A stretch of DNA of 61,926 bases, counting the filler, from Sluysia triapertura (Eukaryota): NCBI GenBank assembly GCA_046118255.1. It is 5 parts of 5 records of this genome, joined end to end, with 100 filler letters (N's around TTAATTAATTAA, not from the genome) between each part and the next. Parts side by side here need not be neighbours in the genome. Positions count along the whole stretch, not along the records: positions 1 to 12,448 come from JBJNIA010108203.1; 4 more parts are not named here. One strand, given 5' to 3'. Below, piece by piece: positions 1-12,448 of this stretch. A model generated the notes under the pieces. It was given only the letters and a program-made list of their open reading frames with translations, did not search any database and was not told where the DNA came from. Made by a program: the position numbers and the translations under genes. Position 1 is the first letter of the stretch, and the number at the start of each line of letters is the position of its first letter.

Positions 1-7
1 TTACCTT

Positions 8-73
8 AAGCGCTTTTGAGTACTTTCGCGGTAGATATGAGCGCAATATAAATTAATATATTATTATTATTAT
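8..73 (+). mobile_element. 3' tail of an L2-clade LINE or L2-tailed SINE
   Basis: AAGCGCTTTTGAG...GAGCGCAATATAAAT followed by (TAT)n matches the characteristic L2 3' stem-loop plus microsatellite tail. Confidence 0.55.
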
Positions 74-1711
74 CAGACTAAAACAAAACTAATATTTTAT
101 TTAAAACAAAAAATTTTAAATTTTCAAATTAATTAATAATTTTTTAAAATAATATAATTTTACTTTTTAATTTCTTTATAAAATAATTAATTTAAAATCT
201 CACTTTTTGGTATTTTGGTTAATTCCGTCGAAAGTAATAAATCGTTTTAATAAAAATAATAATGAACTAATTTTGGGATATAAAATCAATAATCATAAAT
301 AGTTAATTACAAATCAACAAATAAAATCAATTTATAATTGTGTTAGTCATTAAGATTGTGTTTGTCATTACAGTATGCTTAAAGAATAAGGATACAAAAA
401 CATCTTTTACTATGACATGTATTAGGAAATTCATTTAGATTCAAGTCTTTTAGCATTAATATTGTGAATATATTTGTCAAAACTTGTTATGATTTTATCC
501 CAGATATTAACGTGGTCAAGTATATACGTTCTAAGAACAGCTCAAACGTTAGTTATGCGCTTATATCAAATTATAAATAACTAATGTTACCAAATGCTTA
601 TTATCAAAAATGCTAAAATATGTTACCAAAAATTACGATCAATGCATAAAATTATGAACACAATTTAATAGTGTAAATGAAATTATAAAATAATGATAAT
701 AGCAATGATATTTTAATTCGATCTAGTTTGATAATATTTTATTATTGATGTTAAGGACCAACAAAAGTAATAATGATTTTACAATTTGCTGGTATTTTAT
801 AATTGATCTTAATGACCAATGAAAAATGGATGATTTTAAGTGTTATTTTTTAATTCTTTGAGAGTTTGCAATACCATTTAAATTAAACGTAATGGACAAC
901 TGATTTGTTTGTATATAATTAATGGTGATGCCGAATATAAAAGTTTATTTCATCAATATAGACCAATTGTCGAATATAATCAATGGTAATTTTGTACTTG
1001 AATTGAATTGTTCTCCATACAGTAGTGTTATACTTTGCATCATAAACTTGTGTAATTTCTCCTTGTCTGATTTATTTGTCCCGCAAAAATTGTACTTTAT
1101 CTAATGGCGATAATGGCGAAATCAATCGTTGTTTATTTCTTTATATGGTATTCTTGAGATTGTAACTATTTTGTATGTCTTTTTATAATGTGATGGCCAT
1201 AAAGAGCCATATTAATAAATTTAATTCATTCGAACAATTTATTTCCAGAAGATTCTTTTTTGAATTAATTTTAACAAATTAATTTTTTAAAATAATTAAA
1301 TATTATTTTTAATTTTAATGTAATTGTAATTATAATTTTTAAATAATAATTTAATAATTTTTTTAGTATATAATATTTATAATTTTTACAACACAAAATA
1401 TAAAATAAATAATAAAATATAAATAAACTTTATACAACCTTGCAATTAAAATACTAGTAATAATATAGTAATTGAAATCATAATAAAAATTATCTAAAAA
1501 CAAGAAATTATAACAATTAATTATGTTTAGTAATTAAGACCACATATTATATCATAATTTTTCATTAAAAAGCGTACAATAAAATACAAGTGGGTATGCG
1601 CCTACAAAAGGTGGCTTTCATTTGAACAGGACCACAATTGATTTGAATGGTAATTTTTTAAAAACGTTTTATGAATATTTAAATTGAAGATAGTTCCTTA
1701 ACAATTTAAGA

Positions 1712-2420
1712 TGTTGGGATAAGCTAAGGTGCCATTTAGTATAATTGAATATAATAATCTAAAATTGTTAGACGGGGCTGGTAGCTCAGTGGTAGAGCAT
1801 CGAACTGCGCAGCGAGAGGCCCGGGTTCGATCCCAGGTTAGTCCATTTTATGAAGACTAACAAAGAGACAATGATATAAATATCTTATGCAAATTTGAAA
1901 GTCATTGTTTTCTATAAATGATTTGCGGGATTGTATATGTTACAAGTAATATTAAAATATTATATCATTTAGGTTATATCATAAATTATATGTAAATCAT
2001 ATCATATATTACTTATAAAATAATTAAATATCTTACTTATAAAAATTATTACAGAATTGAATTTATAAAATAAAATAATTATTAAATTCATTTAAAATGA
2101 ATAAGTATAGAATAAAAACTGAATAATTATTATGGAATAGAATCTATAGTAAAGTTCATTAATTTTTGAAATATTGAAATTGGAATTAGTGAAATAATTA
2201 CTTACTAAAGAATTTATTAGTATTGGAGTTATAAAACTGAATAATTATTATGATTATAGTATAATAAATTAATATTGGAATTATTGAGATCAGAAATTTA
2301 TTCGAATTTATTATACAATCACTATATAAGGAAAAAGATTTAAGTAAGTTATTCATAATTGAATTGGATCGAAGTTATTCATAATTGAATTATAACAGGT
2401 TTATTGAATTAAAATTAACA
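1712..2420 (+). mobile_element. LTR-like element carrying a tRNA-like cassette (copy 1)
   Basis: Starts TGTTGGG; first ~150 nt align with revcomp of 30707-30864; TATATAAG at ~2323; internal 20-nt repeats; ends TAACA (2397 or 2420); 3' end uncertain. Confidence 0.5.
1775..1845 (+). tRNA. tRNA-like (Ala-type acceptor, G3:U70/A73) Pol III cassette with non-canonical anticodon arm; probable pseudo-tRNA
   Basis: GGGCTGG/TTAGTCC acceptor, GCTC/GAGC D stem, A box TAGCTCAGTGG, B box GGTTCGATCCC, followed by TTTT; anticodon stem only ~3 bp around AACTGCGCAG. Confidence 0.7.
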
Positions 2421-3521
2421 TAACTGACCACGTATATTAAATCGATACATTTGATAATTACGTTATATTGAAGATAAACGTGTAAAGTAATATAATATTC
2501 AAAATATAAATGCATAAATAAAAATAATTTTAATATTAACCAAAATTACGATTGACATTTTTGTTCTTATCTAACATATGCGTTTTTATACATCGTGCTG
2601 TATTTGATAAACTTTTATTTTATTTAGTTCTTTTCATTAAATTAAAAGAGAAAGTTTGATATTTTAAATTTATAATGAGATTCATACACTTTCATCTCTT
2701 ACATCAGAGGTGAGTAAAGACTCTAATCTTCAAAACAAATCGAAATATTTAGCCAAGACTTAATAGAAAAAAATTTAAAAGTAACTTTACTTAAAATAAT
2801 AAGAGTTAAATTATTGTGACATTCAATTTGTTTTCCAAATTTTTTATTTCCAAAACATATTGAGAACCTCCATAATATATGCATAATGTTATGATTTTGA
2901 ATCTACTCTTGCTTTTAATTGTAACCAGTGCAGTTCTTATTTATTTAAACGCACAATATGTTACAATAGCGACAGCATATTTGAAAATTAAAAAATAAAG
3001 TCTGTAATTTAAATGAATTACAAATCATGACAAAATAAAACTGAATAAAATAAAATTTAACTGAGTTTCAAATCGAATTTCTTGATTTTACCATTTTGAA
3101 TATTAAATTATAACAATGTACGAATATAAATTAAAAATACGTAAATAATATTTGAATTACATATTTTAGTTTTGAAAAGATCGAGTTTTAATAACATGGT
3201 TTTTAAACTTTTAAAATAAACGCAACTTTATAATTTAAGAATTTATAAAAATAATTTTAACCAACTAATAAATTATTCAGTATTTACATTTTGATCAAAT
3301 TATTTAATTAATTTTATGATTTTATCAAGTATAACTTGTTGATTAAATTTTGTAAACTACTTTAAAATATGAAAAACTATATATAATATTTATATTTTGG
3401 GCTTAATTAATTATCGTAAGATTTTTGTCGTTTTGGCTTATATTTTATTTAAGTAATGAGGCCAATCAGTTTTCTTTTGTAATCTTATTACAGTCTTTTA
3501 TTTAATCATACAAGTAATCCA

Positions 3522-3632
3522 ATGCAAGCTAGAAAATGTCATACTGATCCAAAATTTTTAACTGATACGCCTGAAAGATTATCATTACCTAATATATTTA
3601 GCAAAGACAATCTTTCTATTAATAATTCAGAT
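3522..3632 (+). CDS. GRAMD1: GRAM-domain protein (GRAMD1/Aster-like), putative first coding exon
   Basis: MQARKCHTDPKF...NNSD; a 35-nt GT-AG intron (3633-3667) joins it in frame to the next exon; start codon uncertain. Confidence 0.5.
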
Positions 3633-3667
3633 GTTGTTATTTTAATGTATTAATTTTATTTTAATAG

Positions 3668-3817
3668 AATTTGTTAAACGTTGTTCGTGAAAATGAAGAA
3701 CAGAAAACTTTTGATAGTTTTTCATCCAAGTCACATAATGATGGCGATCCTTATTATAATGCATCTTCATTATCTATTGCAAAATGTACAAAAAAGCGAA
3801 AAAGATCTTTATTATAT
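3668..3817 (+). CDS. GRAMD1: GRAM-domain protein exon
   Basis: NLLNVVRENEE...KKRKRSLLY, GTAAGT donor, 40-nt intron 3818-3857. Confidence 0.65.
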
Positions 3818-3857
3818 GTAAGTTTTAATTTTTTATTTTATGAAATTATATTTTCAG

Positions 3858-3942
3858 TTTCGAAACGATTATTTGAATAAATGCAAAAATTTTAAAAATA
3901 TATTTCAAGATACTGTTTCTGGTTTAAGTGCCTTGTTAGCAG
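3858..3942 (+). CDS. GRAMD1: GRAM-domain protein exon (start of GRAM domain)
   Basis: FRNDYLNKCKNFKNIFQDTVSGLSALLA(D) resembles the Y..R...F.K.F...L..D entry into GRAM; phase-1 join to 4433. Confidence 0.75.
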
Positions 3943-4432
3943 GTATATTTTTTTCATTGAAGTTTCAATATCTTTGTACTATATATTAAATAATGAATCA
4001 TTAGATACATGACAAAATAAAACTGCAAAATAAATTTTGTGTTAAGATCGATTATTTAAATGTCAGTGAAGTATGTAATGTAGATATGCTTGTGACATAC
4101 GCAGATAAATGAATTATTCAATTAAAATAATTTATTTAATTCTCTATTAGTTACTATTTCTATGAATATGTAGTGATTTAAGAATATGTAAAACTGTTTT
4201 CTGACTTATTTTGAATATGAATTTTGTGAAACCCACTTTATTCAATTATGACGTTTTTAATATTACGCTTCATTAAATACTATTTTATATTCATAAAGTA
4301 GAATTTCTTCATTAATTTACTATTTTACAAATAGAACATTAGAAATAGTTTAATATTTAATGACGGATTAATGCCATTTTGTAAAAGATTATTTTAAAAT
4401 TAAATTATTTTAATGAATTATAATGAATTTAG

Positions 4433-4545
4433 ATTTTTCTTGTGCTTTGATAAAAAGCAGTCCAGGAATGTTAATTCAAGGACGACTTTATATTACTGAT
4501 ACGTGGGTGTGTTTTTATTCTAAGATTATGTCTTTCGAAAATAAA
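4433..4545 (+). CDS. GRAMD1: GRAM-domain protein exon
   Basis: DFSCALIKSSPGMLIQGRLYITDTWVCFYSKIMSFENK is the GRAM core motif; AG/GTAAG boundaries. Confidence 0.9.
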
Positions 4546-4550
4546 GTAAG

Positions 4551-4557
4551 ATTATTA

Positions 4558-4602
<45 letters not shown>
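4551..4602. repeat. (TTA)n microsatellite
   Basis: Direct inspection; intronic. Confidence 0.9.
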
Positions 4603-5809
4603 GTAATAAACTTTCATAAAATATAAATTTTTTTGTATTAATAAAAATTTGATAATTATTTAAAAATTGAAGTATATTACTTTGTGAAAGTAACATACTT
4701 GGAAATATCGTTTTATAATATAAACTTTAATCTTTTTAGTACATCTGATATCATTAAAAATCATGGAACGGAATAGGTAGTTGATTATGTTGAGTGCTAA
4801 AATTTTAAGTTACCTGCTGCCATCTTGTAACTTTAAATGACAATTACATTTTTTCAATACAATCAGATTCAATTTTATATTTTATATATACTTCTTAGTT
4901 ACCAAAGAATACATACAAATAACTAGAATATATTATAGAAAAATTGCAAACATCGATTACTTTTCATAATATTGTATAAAAAGAATAACTCAAGTTTAAT
5001 GTAAAACGTATAGGAATAGACTAGTCTACGTCTTATTCGAATACCAGTATTAATATTGAATAAAATGCTCATGGTTAATCTCTAATAGTGCCAATGACTA
5101 AATATTGTCCTAACTTGGATTACTATTTATACTAGATGTAAGTTTTAAAATTGTCGTTTGCAGTTTCTTTAATAAACTTAATTATCTAAAGAAAAGATGA
5201 TGCTATCGTTATTTCCTTAGAAAAGGATTAGATAATTTCAGAATTAAATGGAATTTCCTTAAGTACTTATTAAAATTTTATTTTTGCAGTCATATAACAT
5301 TTAAACAATTTTAAGTTGTCACTAGTTCTTTTTTTGGCGATTACGTGTGGCTTCTTTCTAAATCGCTTCATCATTAAAATTTGTTTGTTTTTTGAAAAGA
5401 ATGAACTTTTTAGTTAATTTTGGAATTTCCATAACATAGAGAGCTCCGATAATTGAATTTAAATTATTTAAATCAACAGGATGGCTTTTTTCAGATTATA
5501 TTAGTGTTAAATATTAGTATTAGTATTAGATATTTGGATTTATCATTAAAAAAGTAAAAAAACGAGATTTTCTATTATGGTTTTTGTTAATTTTTGTAGT
5601 GGTAAATGGCTTATTTGAAGTTATATTTATGGGGTATCCCTAATAATATAAACTTGAACAAAACAACTAGGATGTCTCATTTTTGGAAAATGACCTATTT
5701 TCAGAAACGCGATAGGCCAAATCTCCACTTTACAGATTACTCAACTAAATAAACATTTATAAAATCAATCCAGATACATAATTATAAAACGTAATACATC
5801 TAAAGTTAA

Positions 5810-6024
5810 CCCTTTGAGTTCCAGGAGCGCGATCGCGCTTGTTCGTTATTTTTTATTCCCAATTTACATATAAGCATTGAATTAAGATTATAAAATTTAT
5901 TTTATGATTTTGTAATACTTTTCGTAATAAAATACTTAGAAAATTATTTTTTTAATTTTCATTTTTGTGTAGCATCCTGGCACTTTTAGATAATTCTCTA
6001 AAAATCATGTTGGCACTCAAAGGG
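5810..6024. mobile_element. piggyBac-type MITE
   Basis: TTAA on both sides; TIRs CCCTTTGAGTTCCA / TGGCACTCAAAGGG (13/14 match); 215 bp, non-coding. Confidence 0.85.
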
Positions 6025-6146
6025 TTAAATTAATCGTAAATAGAAAGGACGTAAAATTAACTGGGTCAATATAAGTAATTTTAAGAAATTTATATCAAAA
6101 TAATAAAAAATAAATTTTATTTCGATCTAAGTAATATTATATTTTA

Positions 6147-6149
<3 letters not shown>

Positions 6150-6204
<55 letters not shown>
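6150..6204. repeat. (TTA)n microsatellite
   Basis: Direct inspection. Confidence 0.9.
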
Positions 6205-6205
<1 letters not shown>

Positions 6206-6232
6206 TTATTGTTATTTATATTTACATTTCAG

Positions 6233-6409
6233 ATAATGATTCCAATTTCAAATATCACTTTTATTAGTAAAGAAAAAACAGCCAAATTTATTCCTAATGC
6301 ATTGAAAATTTGTTCAAACAGTGAAAAATACTTTTTCACTTCTTTTCATTCTCGAGACAAAGTTTTCAATATTTTGACTCAATTACAGGATTTATGTAGT
6401 CGTAAAGAA
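6233..6409 (+). CDS. GRAMD1: GRAM-domain protein exon
   Basis: IMIPISNITFISKEKTAKFIPNALKICSNSEKYFFTSFHSRDKVFNIL is the second half of GRAM (KEKTA..IPNA..I....KYFFTSF..RD). Confidence 0.9.
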
Positions 6410-7357
6410 GTAAGAAATATATACTAAAATATTTCTCAAATATTTAATCCAGTAAATTCAAAATTTCATTTTCTTGCTATAGTATGATAAAGTATGGTAT
6501 ACAACAGAAATTCCGTGAAATTTTGAAAAAAATTACTTTCCTAACATATGATTGTTGAAAGTAACTAAGCGATATGATAAATTCATTATATGATTAAGTC
6601 AACATGAAAAATGTTATGTTAACTATATGGGCAAAGTATCCAAACATTTTATTACACAACTTTTCAAATAATTTATTATCTTATTGAATTCATTGCACTT
6701 TATTAAAAAATTTTATGAGTTATTAAAATGTTTGTTTCTCATACTAATAAACCAAATGTTACTCGTGAATTAGCGCACTAAGCGTTTAGAATATTAATTT
6801 ACGTATTAAATACTGAATTGTTTGGTGTTATTTTTATGTAATGCTTTTTGTCAAATCGAATATAAATAATTCAGGAAACATATTGTTAATGGAATTTATG
6901 TAAACTCCAATAATAGTAAATCTCAAAAAATATGTACTTTCAATATTTTTTGAAAAATTATCAAAAAAATCAAATCCCAAAACATGAAATTATATATTTT
7001 ATTGAAACTTAACCACAAATGTCGTTTCTGAGAAACTTTTAATTAGTCATTTAAACTGAATTTATGAGGTCCCTCACAAGTTCATAAAGTCCAAAATCAA
7101 AATTTATGGAAATTATAAGCTTACCAAATCTTTGTAAATGGTCTTTATAATTGCTACCTCCATTTGCTTTCATGGTGAGAAAAAACCTTATTCAAAGCAT
7201 CCGAATTCGATTCAGAAAAAACATTTTAAGCAGCATGAATCAATTCATTTACAGTTTTAAAAACCGATTCTTGTTATCAAAAACTTCACTTATAAAAAGT
7301 GTTTTAAAAATATACTTAAAAGCGCAACCGTTTTTTTATTTTTGAAAAAATCGAAAT

Positions 7358-7384
7358 CTGACTTTTATTTCTGGACGGAGAGAA
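7358..7384. mobile_element. Single Stowaway/mariner-like terminal inverted repeat
   Basis: Revcomp TA-TTCTCTCCGTCCAGAAATAAAAGTC resembles the CTCCCTCCGTCC TIR; partner end not found. Confidence 0.3.
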
Positions 7385-7585
7385 TAATATTAAATTCTAA
7401 AAAAATAATAGATCAAATTATTGTTTGTAATTTATATTAAGTTGGATTATTTTTGTTTTAGAATCTTTTAATTAATGAATAACTCCAAATTGTAACATGA
7501 TTTTGAAAGTTTTTTATTATACCATTTAAGAATGGGTAAATTTTATCGTTATTACTGAAAGAGGTTGTTAACCCTTAAATAATTA

Positions 7586-7668
7586 AACCTATCCTTCGTT
7601 TTACACGGTTCAAAATATTTAATTTCGCTTTGAATCGTGTAAAAAATCGTGTGAAACGAGGTTAGGTG
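7586..7668. mobile_element. Short palindromic pogo/Tigger-like MITE
   Basis: TA-AACCTATCCTTCGTTTTACACG ... CGTGTGAAACGAGGTTAGGTG-TA imperfect TIRs. Confidence 0.55.
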
Positions 7669-9584
7669 TATTATTCACTTTGAAATTATTCGTAAATTTT
7701 AAACTTATATATACTTTAAATGATATTAAAATTAGTTTTACTTACATAATTATTGTAGTAATATTACTTTAAGATGAGTTAATTAGACTTTGTAAAACTT
7801 ATCGATATGTCTTTGTATATTGAAATTGTAAACTGAAACTTTTGTAGGACCTTATGTCTATGGTATTAGAGGTGGAAGTGCGAATAAAGTTTTACAATAA
7901 CTTCTAAGCCTCAATAAAACTGTGGTAGTTTAATTTATAACCTTTGCAATGATCACTCAAAAATTGCAAAATTTATCTCGTAGATCTCAAGCCACAGAAG
8001 TAATTATTTTAATCATTTCATATCACAATTCATAAAACATACAACAAAACCCTTAATCTTAATCACACAATCTAATTTATAAATTCACTTCATATCCATA
8101 CGTTTTAGACCATCTGATGACACCAATTCACAAAATTGAATTCAAACATACCTAAGTTTCAAACACTAAATGCAAGAAAACTCAAAAATGAGACAGTAAT
8201 CATGCATCTCAGAAACCACTCAGCAAATAATTACACATTCAGAAATCATTTAATAGTTTTTTTATACATTCTGTTTACAATCAATTATTTCACATTGTTA
8301 TTCATTAAACCATTTCAACTATAAACTAAACAGACTTAAACATTCAATATTTCATAGAACCTTATCACAGTATAATTCTTTAAATTCATTACACATGTTC
8401 ATAAATCATTAAACAAACCTTTCTATATTCTTTATTTTATACCTTAACTCATAGCTTCATTTAGCAAAACATTTCTACTTCAGGCCATTTAACAATAACC
8501 TTTCATTAAACAATTTTACTCAACAGTTCATCCTTAGCCTTTAACATTCCACATTTCATACATTGTTACACGACATTCCAACTTCAAAAAATATGTAGTT
8601 TATGTAAAGATTATGTAAAATTTCAGTTTTGATAAGGTTCACACTTTTGCGACGCCAGGTTCAAAAACAAGAACTGATGCTGATAATATATACGACACTG
8701 GTATCGAACATGTTAAAGTAACGATATGAAATGTTTACCTTTGAAAATGACATTTTGATTGCGGTTATTTGTTATATTTGTATCTAACAGTATTACTAAG
8801 ATGTTTGCAAATGGTGAATGCATAGATTTTTTATATCGATGCAAGTCTTGTTTTGGGAAAGAGAGTTTTAATGCCTATTGCGTAATATTCGTTCTTAAAT
8901 GAAATATTAGATCCGGAAATAACATTACAAATTATATGGAATGCATATTCTGCTTCGAATAAAAATAAAATAGTAAACTTGTTCTAAGAAGTTTCATGAA
9001 AATGCGTTAGAAGCAATTTCGAATTTAAGAAAATTTTATTTGTAAACTTGGGTTGCACGAAATATTTTGTCAGTTATGATTAACATTTCAAAAATTGTCA
9101 TTTTAACCAGTTAACTGATGGAAAACTTATGCAATCTTTTTATTTTTAGTGAAGTTACAAATGGTGGATTCTAAAAACAATTTTATTAATAACAAATATA
9201 TAATGAAGATGATTCAAAACAGATTTTATGGTTTGTAATATTGATTTGCACCAATTCTTATTTTATGTTTTAAGCTGTAAACTTATTAATTAAGCATTTT
9301 GGCGTTTCAATTGTTTATATTATTTTTAACGAAAGTTATATTTAATTATTAGTTCACATTGTATATAAATTTCAGCATACTTAATTTTCCTGAGACACAT
9401 TCATAATATATTACCTACTTATAAACTTAGCATTTCCACAAGCAACATGTAAGTCAAAAGACTACTATTAAATCACATTAATTTTAAGCAGCCAGTGCTT
9501 ATCAAACGAATTGTGTTACGATTTGTATGTTATTTTTACTTTATTGTTTTAGTATTACTCTTATTGTTTATTGTTTCTTTTTAG

Positions 9585-9680
9585 ATATTAAATTGCGAAC
9601 AAAGGAAGTTAATATTAATGGAGGTATATGGACCACAATATAATAATATCGATTTAGAATCGACAGCAGACGAATATAAA
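9585..9680 (+). CDS. GRAMD1: GRAM-domain protein exon (post-GRAM segment); gene continues into the N gap
   Basis: ILNCEQRKLILMEVYGPQYNNIDLESTADEYK resembles the L....L...V...YG..L.L.S.DEDY segment after GRAM in GRAMD1; in phase with the exon ending at 6409. Confidence 0.7.
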
Positions 9681-11182
9681 GTATNNNNNNNNNNNNNNNN
9701 NNNNNNNNNNNNNNNNNNNNNNNNNNNNNNNNNNNNNNNNNNNNNNNNNNNNNNNNNNNNNNNNNNNNNNNNNNNNNNNNNNNNNNNNNNNNNNNNNNNN
9801 NNNNNNNNNNNNNNNNGATGAAGTATCATTTACAATTCTTTTCCATTATAATTCGTCAGTTATATCAGAGAATGTTTTGGACAGGTTAATTTATTATTAT
9901 CGGAACAAAATTACCTTTAATTAAAAATGTTTTATCATAATATTATTTTCAAAATTATGTTTCTTAAATAGATATTTATTTTATAATAAGTGTAGCATCT
10001 AATCATTGTTATTTTGATATGAGAAGTAATTTAAGTAAAAACAGATTAAGCAGGGTAGAGGAAAATAATGCTTGATGATTAATCAATTTTTTGTGTTTGT
10101 AGCTAATGAAGTCTGACAAATAATACTATATAATATAAGTTGTCAAAGGATGCTCGAATGTTTGATTCAATAATGAAAGGGAATAATTGTAAAATTTTTA
10201 ATAATACAAAAAAAGAAAAGATCACTAACAAAAGAAAATCCATGTTTAGGATAGATTATTTAATTATATTTTGGGGTTGTCATTTCTGTGATTAATTTAT
10301 TAAATTACTTAAATTAAGCATTTTAAAGTTTATTTTAAACTACATTAAGACATATCCTTTTTAATTTGAAATTTTTATCAAATTTAAATAAAGGGAAAGT
10401 CATTGTTTATTTACTTCTTATCGAGGACAAAAATAGTGCAAATCGTTACTGAGTCATTTCTCATAAATTAATTATCTTTTGACATCGTTATTATATGTCT
10501 ATAATAAATTTTAATGTGATTGCATAGAAATTAGATGCCTTATTCCGATTTGTTAATTACATTTATTGAATATAGAAGTCGACTGATAATAAAATAATTA
10601 TATTAAGGACAGTTTTAGACATTGATATATTACAATTGACTATTCTAACAATAAAACAATATATAAATGGATGCATGTAAAGTAAGTATAAATCTGCTTT
10701 TGAAAATGAAGGAATTTATTTTGGTTGATATCAAACAAGGCAATCTAAATCAAAATTATTATTCGTAACTTGTTCAAAAGAAAGGTTTATGATCATTAAA
10801 CAAATGGTAGATCTCTAGACATCATCCAAGACAAAATTATTCCTTCACATGGTCATAAGTTTGTCCATCACATCTTTTCGAAAAATGAAGGATGTCTTGC
10901 TTTTAAAATTTCAATTCAATACGAAAACTTAAAATGTATAATAACAACTTATTTCATTTGATTATTTGTCTTATAATTGGTAATATAGTTATTCAGTTAC
11001 ATGAACGCGAAGGAAGTGGTCTTTTTAGCATAGGTCAGGATCTGACAGAGTTACCTAATAATCATTCGTGGACAAGTAATACTCAAGATACCCACAAATT
11101 AAACATTGATAGATTAACATCATGATTTTAAATTCTATTCTTGCTTGTAATTATGATTATTGTTATGCATAATTAAATCAAA

Positions 11183-11784
11183 ATTGTTTCCCAGAATGTA
11201 AAACCCGTCCAGGAAATAAGACGTAACATGATGTTTTTAATTTAAGGATGATTTTAGTTTAAGACCTACCCCTAAAATAAGCCTATAGCCGATTAGGATA
11301 CCTAATAAAAGTCAATGAATGACTTGAGACAGCGTTCAATGCATTATTTAGCATATACTCTGTCTCTAAAGCATATTCTGAGATACTTTCATTGTCAAAT
11401 CATTCTGGTTCACTTCTTTCTGACTATATCAAGATTCTGATTGTGATTCACTTTCAGATATTCCTCCAAATAAGATGTGATTAGCAATTATAAAAGCATT
11501 TCTCATTTTCCGCACAATATCTATGAGAATGACTTAAAATAATGAAAATCAGTTAAATTAAGGATGTTCATTGTGCAAAAACACATTTGAATGATTTATA
11601 GTTAGTGGTTTTTAAACATAAAACTTGTTATTCATTAGTAAATATAGATCGGTTTTCACGTTTTCTGTATATTTAGAAATTTCATAATTCTTTACTTTGT
11701 AACTTTGTTTTTGATAAATGAAAATAGGACATCCTCCTCCAAGAAAATTAGTATAAGCCTTGTCTAATTTTCGGGGAAACACTG
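11183..11784 (-). mobile_element. Non-autonomous Tc2/pogo-like DNA transposon (copy 1)
   Basis: TIRs TGTTTCCC.GAA / TTTTCGGGGAAACACTG-TA; collinear with 23137-23689; remnant of an acidic transposase C-terminus on the minus strand. Confidence 0.8.
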
Positions 11785-12366
11785 TATGTATATGTGATGA
11801 CTAACATATTATTCTGATGATTAACATATTTGTACATTGATAAAACATCTACATTATTTTAAAATTTGTTTAATATTTATTGATTAATTTTATTGATTTT
11901 TGTAATTTTTGGAAATAATTTTGGTTTCGAATTAGATATGGTAATTAATTCTTTTAAAATTAACATTAAAATTTAAAATTATTAATTAAAATTATATTTT
12001 TCAAATTAAATATTTGTTTTGTTTTAGTCTTGTAACATACATATATATAATTATAACTATAAAGTTTTTTGTAAGATTTTTAAATAAAAGTTTTTATACA
12101 TGGTGGATAATACACCTAACGAATTTGTATTTGAATTATCTAATTTTTATAGTTAGAAAATAAATTAAAATCAACTAGTGTGAGAGTTTTTTTGGTTAGA
12201 ATATAACTCTAACCTCATAATATATCTATTCTGATCCTATTTAAACGTAAAATCTCATTTAAAACTTTGAGTAATTTATAATAACTAATTCAGTGAATTT
12301 AAATAATTTATAATTCTTAATTAGCCTACAGTTAAAGCTCTCTTAACCTCTATTACTTTATCTTAC

Positions 12367-12415
12367 AAATCCAACGGCTGGCCCTCGCTGGTAAGCCCAG
12401 CACGTTAGTGAACTC
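12367..12415 (+). other. Conserved hairpin motif AAATCC-stem-(G)GTGAACTC, copy A
   Basis: Close match to revcomp of 34276-34325; CCAACG/CGTTAG base stem, GCTGG/CCAGC inner stem. Confidence 0.6.
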
Positions 12416-12448
12416 ACATCTTTAAATTAATTTTTTATTCTAAAGTTC

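Noticed and set aside
733-838. Two-copy ~57-nt degenerate tandem repeat
   Set aside because: Only two diverged units, with no structure or coding signal
10756-10790. In-frame TAA stops in coding-like segments suggesting a variant genetic code
   Set aside because: Conserved genes (VPS4, OPLAH, GRAM, ZNRF) contain no internal stops; stops occur only in decayed sequences
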